Shown: piece by piece, positions 36,769-48,999 of the stretch
How positions within the stretch are numbered: position 1 is the stretch's first letter
Layout: every line of letters starts with the position of its first letter
Source: Lama guanicoe
Taxonomy: Eukaryota
Length of the DNA: 64,000 bases
Direction of reading: 5' to 3'
NCBI GenBank assembly: GCA_013239625.1
Contig: MU053557.1
Coordinates: forward strand, 813,063-877,062
Program-made: the position numbers and the translations under genes
The notes under the pieces: generated by a model
The model's input: the letters and a program-made list of their open reading frames with translations, nothing else
Told to the model about the DNA's origin: nothing
The model's database searches: none

Positions 36769-37661
36769 ATTATTTTTATTAAAGTATGGTTGCTTTATAA
36801 TAGTGTGTTAGTTTCAGATGTACAGCAAAGTGATTCAGTTATGCATATATTATTTTCAGATTATTTTCCATCATAGGTTATTACAAGATATCGAATACAG
36901 TTCCCTGTGCTATACAGTAAATCCTTGTTGCTTATCTATTTTGTGTTTGGTAGTTTATATCTGCTGATCTCATACTCCTAATTTATCCCCCACCTTCCCT
37001 TTCCCCTTTGGTAACCACAAGTTTGTTTTCTATGTTGTGAGCTTGTTTCTGTTTTGTATATAGTTTGATTTGTATAAGTTTTTAGATTTTGCATGTAAGT
37101 GATATAATGTGTCTTTCTCTGTCTGACATTTTGCTAAGTAAGATCATCTCTAGATCCATCCATGTTGCTGTAAATGGCAATATTTCATTCTTTTTATCAC
37201 TGAGTAATATTCCATTATGTGTATATCTAGAGAGAGATTTATGTATCACATCTTCTTTATCTGTTCATCTATTGATGGGCACTTGGATTGTTTCCATGTC
37301 TTGGTTATTGTAAATAGTGCTGCTGTGAACATTTTGGTGCATGTATCTTTTCTAATTAGAGTTTCTATTTTTAATATACCCAGATATATACCCAGTAGTG
37401 GGATTGCTGGATCATATGGTAGCTCTATTTTTAGTTTTTTCAGACACCTCCATACTGTTTTCCATAGTGGCTGCACCAATTTATATTCCCACCAACAATG
37501 TAGGAGGGTTCCTTTTTCTCTACACCCTCTCTGGTATTTATTATTTTGATGATAGCTATTCTGACCAGTGTGAGGCAATACCTTATTGTGGTTTTGATTT
37601 GCATTTCTCTAATAATTAGCAATGTTGAGCATCTTTTCATGTACCTGTTTACCATCTGTAT
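36769..37661 (-). mobile_element. L1, 5'-truncated, with ORF2 C-terminus and 3' UTR
   Basis: ORFs 37246-37578 and 37440-37655(-) read IIREMQIKTT.RY.LTLVR.AII and [60 protein letters not shown] cagacctaatt(a/g)tt 36755-36768 / 37662-37675. Confidence 0.93.
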
Positions 37662-38689
37662 CAGACCTAATTGTTGATAACATCCCCTTTCATTCTCAAG
37701 TGTGTCTGTTCCTGGTTTGGGTGGTGAGTTACCAGGTCACTAGTCCCATATATTGTGTCCATTTCAAGTCTCTCCATGATTTCAGGAATTCCTCACTGCT
37801 GAGGCTTAAATTGTATGTTTAAAAAAATTGCATGCAGGGAAAATACACAAATATACAGAGTCTCTTCGTTGCTAACTTCCACCTCAGGCTATGCAATCCT
37901 TTTGGGGTATGGAAGGAGGAAAGTCTATATGACAAGTGCCACAATTACATTAAATATTTTACTTAGGATATCTTTATATACTAAAACAGATAACATTTAG
38001 AAATCTCATTATGGATACAAAACACTTGCCAAATTAGGGTGTGTTCTTATCACAGTCTGTGGCCTAGATAGCTAAGAAATCTGTAAGAAATTCAAAATAC
38101 GCATACAGATTGGTCCCAAGAGAGACACATGTTACATGCTTTACTCTTATTATGAGCTGGTGTTATTGGTTTGCGTATGTGTGTGTGAACATATTTATGT
38201 AGAAATTACTCTTGGTCAAGTCACTTAACATTTTTCTGAATCCAAGAACACAATTCTGTAAAATAAGGTAGTTGGGATAAATTTTCTCGGAGGCAGGCCC
38301 TTCCAGTCTAGAGTTCTCTGTCCATCCGTTCATTCGTTCATTCCCTCACTCACTCATTCATCCAATGCAGTTGAGTCCCTGCTCCTAGCTGGGCCCTGTG
38401 GGAACAGAAATAAGAAACATCAGAGCCCAGCAGGGAAAGAGGTCAAGCCCACATCCAGGGTCCCATGGGAGTGTGGAGGGGAATCCCCCAGCACGTCCAG
38501 GGGCAAAGAAAGGTGATCCAGACAAGGAAAGGAAAATGTGCTCATTTACCACTTGAATATAAGTCAGTCATGAGTTCCTGTGGCAAGGTATGGTCCCTGT
38601 GGGAAAGCCAGAGCCATGAGCTAGATTATAAACCTCCTTGAGACAGACAACCACCTCTTCTCTTTGGATCTCTGGATAAGAGTGGTAGA

Positions 38690-38900
38690 GAGTGGTAATT
38701 AAGGACACAGGCGTTGCTGTTTGATCTGGGTTCCATCCCAGCTCTAGGGCTTATGCTAGCATCTTGGGCAAGAGAGTTCAAGGCACAAGTTTCCTCATTT
38801 GTGGACTGGGAATGAGAATAGAATTATCACTAATTCCTCAGCAGACTTACTTAATAGAACTGAATAAGATGCTGTGTGTAAAGCACCTGGCACTAGTAAT
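38690..38900 (+). mobile_element. MIR SINE
   Basis: agagtggtaattaagg...tctgggttccatcccagctct...cttgggcaag...agtttcctcatttgt...gtaaagcacctggcac. Confidence 0.7.
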
Positions 38901-41900
38901 TACTCTGACGAGTTAGTCCTTACTACTGTCGGGAGTTGTTAGATATGGGCCTCGCAATCGAATGGACATGGGGTATTAGAGTCTGTCAGACTTGAATACA
39001 AATCCAAGCCCACACTTTCTTGGCTTGTGATATTGGGACTTCATCGGACCCAGCCTCAGCTTCCTTATCGGATAAGTAAGTATAGTAATACCCACCACAC
39101 AGAGTTCTTGCAAAGATGAAAGAAGAGGGTGTATGGAGAGTGATGGGTGCTGAATACGTTTCTTTAGAAGTCTTCTTTCTTCCCTTCATTCCATTCAGTT
39201 TCTTTGATTCACATGGCTCTTGGCTGAAAACTTTTATAGAGCTCCTCATTCATTCATTGACTTATCATTCATCTACAAACTGTTTATTGTGGGCTAACCT
39301 GAATCCAGACCTCAAGGCCAGTCTTCAAGGAGGACAGGACTAATCCGTATCGTTGTCTTTCTTCTGCGGTGACCCCAGTGCAGCAGCAGTGGCCTCGGCT
39401 CTCTGTCTGAGCATGCACGTTCTCTGCCCTTGTCTTCCTGCTCCTCTGTGACAGGCTCTTCCCTGCGAGAGGAATACTTGGCGAGTCAGCACGATCTCTG
39501 CTCCAGGAGCACCGGGGGCACACTGGAAAGGAGCAGTTGTTCAGAGAATTATGGCCGCAGGGGAGGGCGTGTGGCCAAGGGCGGAAGGGCACGTTGCTAC
39601 GGTGTCTCCCCTCATTTCATCTGCACCTGGCCTGTGCATGTCAGAAACCGTCCCTCAGTGTGACGCCTCTCACAGGTCATCAGTGACTGCTGGGAGAGCC
39701 ATTTTCTTGTCCTTTATCTTCGGCCTCCGGTCTTACCGTGCAGTCCCTTCCACTGCTTGTACAATTGAATTTTTTATAGTAGAGTGATGCAGTTTGATGC
39801 CCTTGATTTCGTTTGGTGGTGACGTGCTTATTTGATGCAATTGAGATTTTTGTGAAATTTAGTTTTATAATTAGACTTTTTTTAAGTGTCCATTAAGGGA
39901 TTGCACTTCCAAACCCTTTGGTCTCAGACACTTGATCCCCTATGGTCACTTTTAGAAACAACCCAATTTCCTAATGAACCAAAACAATATCCTAAGAACA
40001 TAAACAACACATTCACGGTCCAAAACCAAGTTGTCAAGCCTGTTCCCTGCTTTTGGGTCCGGGCATTCTGTGTGCGGCGATGGTGTCAGTAAGGCTGTGG
40101 TGGCACTTTCAAGCTTCTGCACCTGCAATTCTTGAATCTAAGCCACCACCGCTGAGTTTCCGTCAAAAAGGACACATGCTAGACAGGAGGGTGAGAAGTG
40201 AATTTTTACTCCTCATTTTTTAGCTGTCCTCTCTGCCCTGGTAGGTGTGCTTGGATGAGATTGAGAACTGGTGGCAAGTGCCACATGCACATTGTAGTCC
40301 ATTGGCTTCCAGAAAGCAAAGCAGAACAACGTGCTTGACTCCAGAGATGGCCACGTGGAAGCCGATCAAATGGCTTTTCATTGTGCTGGGCTCTGAACAA
40401 TAAAGAGGGACTTATTAATATGTAACGACACAGTCATTACATATTTATGCTCTATAGAATGCGTAATTAGAGCTACGCTGACTGTCTAATTTATCGTTGT
40501 TGGGCACAGTTAAGACTGCTTAGATAACCGTGTACTGTAATTATGTAGTAATTGCTATTCTTTGAGTAAAAGTAGTAACCAATAAAGGGAAAACCTGCAA
40601 GTAATTGCCTTATAATTATTTTGGGAAAGGAATTGTTCCAAGTAAAACAATTAGAGGTAAACAGATGAATCTCTCTTTTGATGGGTGATGCTAGCTAGCC
40701 ATCAGAAGCCCTGCAGGCATATCAAGACAGATCCCTTGCTAGTTCTATTCATTTATTTATTTGTTTTTTACTTGAAGCAATATAGACAGCAGGAGGGTTT
40801 CCAGAGAACAAATCCCACTTACGCCTCTTTTAGTGGTCATCGTTAGTGGTTGCTTTCAAAATGGGGTGCACGTTAATTTAAAACAGAGCAAAACCTCTCT
40901 TTTCTTTACTTCTCCCCTAGTTGTTTCCTTGATCATAAGTTGTCATGACCACAAACTCAGCAGTGAGCTTATCAGTCCTAGGAGCATTTCCATTTGTATT
41001 TTTATTCATTGTTAGGACAACTCTTTATACCCAAACTTCCTTGTTGGCAGATGTTCTTTCGAGAAGAGGGTTTAAAAGATTTCCCCTGAAGATAATTTGC
41101 TATAGCCATTAATTTATTGGCTACTGGAGAGGGCAGGTTAGAGAAAGAGAATTTATTTACTTAAGCAAGGCTTCTAAACTGTCTTGTATTCTACAAATAT
41201 GCAATTTATTGATTTAATGTTTATTTATTTAATCACTACTTCTCATTAGATCAATAGGGAGCTTTTTTTTGTTCTCAAGTTTAAAAAAAAAAAAGACAGT
41301 TGTAAACCAATTAAGCCCACATTGCTCAAACATTTCTTTTCGTACCTGTTTCCTATTCCCACTTGAAACTCAGGTAACATAATTGCATGCATCTTCAGGA
41401 TCGAAACCAATAAGACTCAATATTCTTTATTGGTTGCCTGAGGTTAGTCTAGTCTGTTATTTTCCTGAGAAATCCTTGTGTTGCAGGTCATGTAAAAGGC
41501 AGTGGGATGGTGAATAGCAGTTACAACAGTGAAGTTTCCCAGTTTACCAAGAAACCGGTAACAGAGTCTGCCTTTGGGACAGGTTCATGGGATTAGGATG
41601 GGAGGAGATATGCTTTTTAGCTGTTACTGCTGCTGTATTTAGTCATGTAAAGCTGTCCCAGGACTGAAACAATGCTAACGCCTACAATTCCAAGTACCCT
41701 GTCCAAGATCTGTCTGCTTGAAATCAGCAGTGCTCAGAACACTCACCTTCAAAGACTGGAGTTGCAGATTCTCAAGGAGGGGTGGAGGGACATTAAAAAG
41801 TCCTGAGACCCAGAGTGACCTTGTGTGCCCCCAAGGACACCATGACTTATGGCCCCAATGTTCCTGGCCATAAATACCCATTGAGGAAATTCATCTATGT

Positions 41901-42145
41901 TTTTTCCCACTGCACCCCTGGAACCTTTCCAAATCCCCACATATTGAACTCTTCTAATACATTCTAACCACCATAGAATGGGATGGCGATGCTACCTCCC
42001 CTACTGAGGAGCTGTTGTAAAGATTAAAGTGAGACATTATTATTATGTTTTTTTCAGTTCTGTGCGTCATGGGCAGTCAGGGTGGATAAACTGTGCTTCT
42101 CTGTAGAGCTGGCCTATGAATGATCATTAATATAGAATGATTACA

Positions 42146-42715
42146 GTAGGCATATTTTTGGCCCCCGTGACCTTAGCCTCTGGTGTTGTACTCATAAATA
42201 TGTTACTTACACGGCAAAGGGAAATTGCAGGTGGCTTTAAAGTTAGTGAATAGAGAAATTAAAAATAGAGAAATTGTTCTGGATTATGCTGTATCTTAAA
42301 GACAGAGAAGAAAGTCAGGGGGGAGACTGAACAGCACTATTTGCAGCCCTGCTGACGTCATGATGGAGATGGGCACAGGGGAAGGAATGTGGGTGGCTTC
42401 TAGGAGCAGAGGGTGGCCCCGGTGACAGGCAGCAAGGAAGTGGGGACCTGCACTCACAAGGACCTGAATTCTACCAACTACCAGAATGAGCTTGGGAGTG
42501 GATTCTCTCCCAGGGCCTCCAAGTAAGAACTCAGTGCAGCCAGCACTTTGATTTTGGCCTTGTGAGACCCTCAGTAGAGAATGTAGTTGAGCCACACTAT
42601 GCCTGGACTTGTGTCCCTGGACTTCTGATCCATGCAAAGCATGAGATAATCCATGGCCTTTGTTTGAAGCCCCTATGTTTCTGGTAGTTAGTTACAGCAG
42701 TCATAGGAAGGCAGC
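42146..42715 (+). mobile_element. MLT1E-like MaLR solo LTR
   Basis: atatgttacttacacggcaaagggaaattgcag...aaggaatgtgggtggcttctaggagc...ctgaattctaccaac...gaatgagcttggga.tggattct...ttgattttggccttgtgagaccct...gttacagcag. Confidence 0.8.
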
Positions 42716-43751
42716 TAGCTGTGTCCGGGGCAGGTGCTTTATAGTCCCTCCACCAGAATCATCAAGGGGCCCCAGGAAGTGGAGACTCTTGCATCTTTCA
42801 ATTACAAAGGAGGAAAGAAGGCTCACAGAGGATAAGTAACTGGTTCAAAAGAATAGCGTTCTGTAATTGGCAGAACCTGAATTTGAAACCAGGTCTGTCT
42901 ATAAGAGGCTCAAACCCAAGTTGTTCATCACATGAGATGTTAATGCTTCAGCCAGCTGGAACAGAGAACTGCTCGAACATCCTGGGAGATGCAGCGAGCC
43001 CCACAGACCATTGTGCTGGGTACATAACTCATATTGCATACCCTGTCTCTGTTTGCTTGTCTGACATACAGAAGAAGCCAGACAGCAGCTCTGCACGTGC
43101 AGGAAGGGGCCATGCTGCCCAAAGGGCTCATTTAGCCTCAGTCAGTCCATGGCAGGAGCTCATCTGGGGCCTGGCTCCCACCCTGCTTGGCAACCTGAGC
43201 GCCGTGTCATAGTCAGGGCTCTGAAGCATGAAATGGGGTTTTGCGCTGAAGCCTGAGAGACACAGTGCATCGAGTTTCATTTGGCTGTTTTCCCCTGTAC
43301 TGTTTGTTTTTAAAGATGCAATAAGGGCAGGCATGAAAAAGGTCTCCCAGGTCCTCTGTATCATAGGGCAGCCAGTGGTGCAGGCAGGAATACAAATAAA
43401 GCGAAGATGGGGCAGCTCTCTGAAGCCTGGCAACAGTCAACACGCAATGTGTGCCAGTCATTCCTGTTATCACTGCCATGCTGTTATTATATGATTATTT
43501 CAGGGGCATGGAGAAAAGCTCCTGGCCTCCAAAACGTATGGAGTCACAATTAAGGGATCTGTCCATTCCTTTGGTTTAAACTTAATGTCCTGTGAAATGT
43601 TTTCTTACCTTTGTCATTCATCCCCTGACACCTCTGAAATGCACATTGTTATGAGAAAACAGCAAGTAGATGTTAGAGATTTTCACTCAGTCTAAATCTA
43701 ATACCCCTGGTAAAAGGCATTTGTCATTCGTACTCTAATAAAGCATTGTAC

Positions 43752-44025
43752 CAGTGTCAAATGCCTAGCCCTGGGGTGTGTAAAATGATTTTAGGTGATT
43801 GACAGGTGAACATATGATTTTCATAGTTATGTATATATTTAATACATTTAATTTAAGAATTGTGAGAAAACAGAGAGAGCATATTAAGTGCGTGATTTCT
43901 AACAAGGCTAAAGTTGGTAGTTAAATGAGTGTGTCTGTTGAAAGGAAAATACTGAGTGGATAGTTATATACAAGGAATACAAAGAGAGGGAGGCAGTGTG
44001 TGGGTGATGGATATTTGCAAATCTG
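43752..44025. mobile_element. Old non-autonomous DNA transposon (hAT-Charlie-like), related to 1005-1280
   Basis: cagtg start; tgattttaggtg, gtgatttc and ttgaaaggaaaat blocks shared with 1005-1280. Confidence 0.35.
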
Positions 44026-46414
44026 CTTTCGTGTGACTTCTCAGTTCATCAGATTCCTTCCAAAACGGACATGAGGAGAAGAGAAGAGAGGTAAGATTCT
44101 GGTTCCCTGAGGAATCAAACGAGGACGGAGTAGAGGAGAGTGCTAAGGCTGCGAGGAGCCACGTGGAGAGTATGGAGAGCCCTGGGAGTAAATTTTGAGA
44201 TCATTCATGTCAAATGTGGCTGCCTTCACATTATCTTTCTAGTTCTACCCAGGCTGGAGGAAAAATGAATGTGATTCCTCTTGGCCAAAGAGAGTGACTG
44301 TGACTTCTGAATTGCTTTACCCGCAAGTGGGCTGTGCACTGAGAGATTCTTTTGTTTACTTTGTGATGGCAGAATATGCTTTGGCTCCATTGGATAGGAC
44401 AGTAGTCCTCACAGAATGTTGGAGCCAGAAGGGACCTGATCAACCTCATCATTTTATAGACAAGAAACTTGGAACACGGAGAAGTTAAATGATTTCTCCA
44501 AGGTCTCGCAGAGGGCTGATGTCAAGGCTCTGAGCAGTGTCGATGTCTCGTGACTCCCCCTGAAGTGTACCTACCCCAATGCTGGCATCATCAGAGGCAG
44601 AAAAGGAATCAGTCCCCAGGCTCTGCGTGGCTGTTTGGTAGAGAAGGGTTCCAATCCTGGCCTTCTTTGCTGTCAGTCTCTTGCTTTTGCTTTTGTACTG
44701 CTCCCTCTTATTTTTCATCCCCATAATCTTAAAAAACCATATTTAAAATTTTTTAATTGCTGAAAAGCCACTTGTGGAGAATGTACTGAGAGTAGGCAGC
44801 TGCTCTTCCTACAACCTCCTTAGTTAAAATTCTGCATATCCACCCCAGTAAAACTTTATTTAAAGGTTGTTTAATGTATTTAGTAGGAGGGTTTAAAAAC
44901 TCCCTAAGCCAGAGAACCTGCATTAATCTGCCTGAGTCCTGTTAGAAATAAGACTCTTTCTGCTGCCCTTTCCCCATAGTTGCCTTTCCCATATATCAGG
45001 CTTGGAGTTCTGTAGCTTGTAGGAACAGTTGTTTATAAAGGAAAGAATCTGCTCCTAATCCTTAGGCATGTATTTGGAGACGAGGTAATACACAGATTCT
45101 TATTCATGGGAATCTAAACTGTATTCATAAGGCAGTAAAAATGAAGGTGAGTTAGCTAATGACTTGGAACGGCTCCCTTGCTTACTAGCATTACCTCCAT
45201 TTTACTTCAGAAACAAACATCTTTTCAAGAAAATACAAATGTTGCTGAAAAGCCACAGAGGATTCCATGATTCCATCAGCCATCCATCACAGTCCTAATA
45301 ATGGGGCCAATTCGTTTCCTCATGGATGCCATCATTTGAGAGACAAAGATGGAAAGAATTCTGCTGGAGTGAGTCTCTGGTTCTGACTAGCCCTGCTCTT
45401 TCTCTCCCTTTTGTTTAGTGATAGGAACTTCAGAAGTTCTCCCTTTGGGGTTTAAGACAGTTTGGGGTGTTTTTTGCCAATTGCAGCTGAAAATTCCTAC
45501 CTCACTCTGCTTTGACAAGAGGGGCATGCTAACCTCGTATTTATCTTCCCTTTACCTGAATTCCCTATACTATTCAGTGGTTTTAGGCTTTTGAGCTATT
45601 TTTAGAAATACATTTTTTTAACCATTATTCTGAAATAATGATTTCAGTGGTATGGCATAATTGGAAATTGGCCCTGTTTGGTCATTTCTACTGTGACTGA
45701 GAGGCATGTAGTTCAAGATTGTCTGGGGATTTGAGAGGCAAACACTAAATTGCCATGTAACTTTGCCCAAACGACAGCCTCTCAAGCCTTCTGTTTCTCT
45801 CCTTTGTAAGATGAAGATCTATCGTCTGTTCCTCCAGCATATCTACCAGGGAAGGTTTCTGAATACTCCTCATTCCTGGGTGCCAAGCACAGCAACTGGA
45901 GCTGCTAACTGTCTGTTTGTCTCCAAGTAGAAGTGGTCAGTGAGCTCGGCTGGAATTAAAAACATTCTCTTTAGTTTAGGCTTCACAGCGTTGATGTCCA
46001 TGGGAAGACTCCAAGGAAGTTTAACGGTGTGGTGAGGAATTACATCCACCTTGGAGGCTGTCTTCTTAGTTTAGACCTAAGAAATATTTGATAGAAACCA
46101 TCGCTGTTCTGTTCTCCTGTCATGCCATTTATGGGATAGCTGCTAGGCAGAGGCCACGACTTACTAGTAATGAATAATTAACACTCCGCTTAATAACTCA
46201 AAGCCTTCCCTCCCTCCCCTGCCACTAGCTGTCAGTGAGTTCTCACCTTATGTTCTGTTTAATAACATCCCTCCTCCCTTCCTCACCACTTTATCAAAGC
46301 ACGAGGGGATAAGGGACAATGGATTGGACACGTCTGTCTTACTGACAGGTTAAGGATTAGGCCGGAGTTTTATGTGTTGGATACTAACCAGAAGGAACAG
46401 GAGGTTGCTAGGTA

Positions 46415-46483
46415 TTCCCTTCCTTCCTTCCTTCCTTCCTTCCTTCCTTCCTTCCTTCCTCCCTTCCTTCCTTCCTTCATTCC
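46415..46483. repeat. (TTCC)n microsatellite, polypyrimidine mirror repeat
   Basis: About 17 near-perfect ttcc units. Confidence 0.95.
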
Positions 46484-46489
46484 AGTATA

Positions 46490-46710
46490 GAAGCTAATGT
46501 CCTAGAGTCACATTGTCTCAGTCTCTATGCAATTTCTAAATGTGTAAATTTGGGAAATTTATTAAACTCCCTTGTGGTTTATTTTCCTTGTCTATGAAAT
46601 GCAAATAAACAGTATTACCTGTCTGAAAGTATTTTTGTTAGGGTTTCAGTTGGAAAATGTTCTCACTGTGCCTACTACAGAGTAAGCCTCCAATAAAAGG
46701 TAACCATTTA
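46490..46710 (+). mobile_element. MIR SINE
   Basis: ttgggaaatttattaaactcc...ttttccttgtctatgaaatg...cactgtgcct..acagagtaagcctccaataaa. Confidence 0.6.
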
Positions 46711-46719
46711 TTTGTGAAG

Positions 46720-47760
46720 TCATTTGGCAACCAAGTATTAATTGCCTATATATGCCAGTCACTCTGCCATGTGCTGGTGGATACAAAAATACACAGAATG
46801 CAATGTTTCCCTAGGAGTTCATAGGTTGGGTAGAGGTGGGGCTGCAGATTCCATAGTGGTTAATTACACTATGATGGCAAATGCTCTAGCCTACAGCTCT
46901 ACCCATGGTATGTTATAAGGTACTGTGTGGTTTTGGGGCCAAGAAGTCTAACTCAAGTGACAGAGAAGACAACCTCCGTGCCAAATCCCAAAGTGTGAGG
47001 AGGTATTACTGGATAGACGGGGGGCATGCCAGACAGTGGAACTGCATACTTAAATGCTTGGTGATGGGAAGAGAAGTTCTGTGTTACTGTAATAGTTGGA
47101 TCCAAGGGTTCTGGGTAGAGAATTGTATGAAAAAGAAGACAAAGACTGGAAGTACCAGATCATAAAAACCTGTGCCGGGCTCTTTGGAGGGCTCTTGGAC
47201 CAGATTTCAGAACCTGAAAAGATTTGTAAGAAGGAGGGCAACAACTTTATTTTTAATTTTTTGCCTCTGAGGAGGGGAGTTGCGTGAATACCGTTTAAAG
47301 TCAATGCACCCAGCTAGAAGGGTATTACGTGAGTCTGGGGAAGAAATAATCAGGCAATCTGATCTGAATTTACTAATAATAATGAAGTGGAGAATAAGGA
47401 ATAGAGTCAAGAGAAATTGAGGGGACAGAATGGGAGAATTTGGTGAATCATGGGATGTGGGTTGTAAAGAGGAATAAAAACAGTCCTGACACTCTAGCTT
47501 AGGCAGCTGGGGAGGTGGTGGTGTCATTAACCAAAATAGGGAAAAACAGGAGACAGAACTGGGTTAGGGAGAAAATGGAGGCTCCTATAATAAATTCTGT
47601 GGTACTTCTGACTCTTGAGTTTGTCTTCATTTCTCCCATGAAATAGACTGATGATGCCATAGGGACATAATAGAAACAGATGTACCCTGACATGGAGGTG
47701 GAAGAGACCAAGGCAGGGTGGTAGCTACAGCAATCCTGGAAAGTCATGGACTAAGCTGAA
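46720..47760 (-). mobile_element. L2 LINE fragments
   Basis: caagtattaattgcctatatgccag...ccctaggagttcatag...gggatgtgggttgtaaagaggaa...ggcagctggggaggtggtggtgtcattaacc. Confidence 0.55.
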
Positions 47761-48256
47761 TCTCTGTAGGTTAATAAAACCTTTCTTTTGTCCAAAACAG
47801 AAAAAATTCCATGGACTTTCAGATTGTTAAAATAATAAATGTTCATTGTAAAAAGAAAAATAAACTGTTACAGAATTAAAGAAAAGGAAAGTCATCTTTT
47901 AGCTCTGCCTCCTAGAGATAACCGCCCTGGTCAATTTTATGTGTATCCTTCCAGGCTCTTTGAGAGGCACACCCCATTCCTGCACGTGTGCTGCTGCTTC
48001 TTACCTTTTGCATTGATGCACCGTCTGCATCTCAGTATGTAGGTCAACATTTGTAGATGTTTCTCATTCTTTTTAATGGATGCCTGCAACCCTGTTGTAT
48101 AACCATCCTTAGGAAGTATTTCTAGACATGAAGCTGGCTCAGACATTAGTCGATGGCAAATCAAATCTTCCTATTGGATTTATATCTGATAGTTGGTAAG
48201 ATAAGATTAGTTAGTCCATGTGATTACATTGCTAATTGGGAAATTGAGATGATACG

Positions 48257-48824
48257 TGTATTAGTATTTTTTTAACATTTTTTATTGATTCATAATCATT
48301 TTACAGTGTTGTGTCAAATTCCAGTGTTCAGCACAATTTTTCAGTCATTCATGGACATATACACACTCATTGTCACATTTTTTTCTCTGGTGTATTAGTA
48401 TTTTGTTGCCACTGTAAGTTTTCTGTGCCATGACCACAAAGTTTTAAAATAGCACAAATTTATTTTCTTACAGTTCTGGAGCTCTGAAGTCCAAAATGAG
48501 TCTTAAAAGAGCTAAAAGCAAGGTGTCAGCGGGGCTGGCCTCTTACAGCTTCTAGAGGCTCCCTGTGGCTTTTGGCTCCTGGCTGCATCACTCATCCCTA
48601 TTTTAGCCATTATATCGTGTTCCTCCCCTTTTTTCCTTTATATAGGGACCTTTATGATTACATTTAGGGCCCACATGGATAATCTAGGAGACTCTCTCCA
48701 TCTCAAGATCTTTCACATAATCACATGGACAAAGTCCCTTTTGCCACATAAAGTAACAAATTCATAGGTTTCAGAGATTGGGCTGTGGACATCTTTGGGG
48801 GAGGGGCATTATTATTTACCAACA
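48257..48824 (-). mobile_element. MLT1C-like MaLR solo LTR with its terminus interrupted by an L1
   Basis: tgtattagt ... acaaatttattttcttacagttctggag...gaagtccaaaat...gattacatttagggcccac..ggataatc...catctcaagatc...aaagtcccttttgcca...ggacatctttggggg. Confidence 0.85.
48271..48389 (-). mobile_element. Young L1 3' terminus (119 bp)
   Basis: tttattgattcataatcattttacagtgttgtgtcaaattccagtg...cattgtcacattt; perfect 15-bp TSD gtgtattagtatttt 48256-48270 / 48390-48404. Confidence 0.92.
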
Positions 48825-48957
48825 TCATCGTCAGCCTACAACATGACAAATATTTCAAAACCAAAATGCTAAAATTTCAGTAAGAAATGATTGTAGTTGG
48901 AAGCATCATCTCAGCCTCAAGGTTAATATTTGAAATGGTAGGAAGAGTCAGAAGATG

Positions 48958-48999
48958 AATGTCGTGGTGTAGACTAAATGTCGTGGTGTGGGCTAAATG
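48958..48999. repeat. 19-bp tandem duplication
   Basis: aatgtcgtggtgtagacta / aatgtcgtggtgtgggcta / aatg. Confidence 0.85.

Noticed and set aside
37089..37655. Cluster of overlapping ORFs on both strands
   Set aside because: L1 ORF2 C-terminus and its antisense frames.
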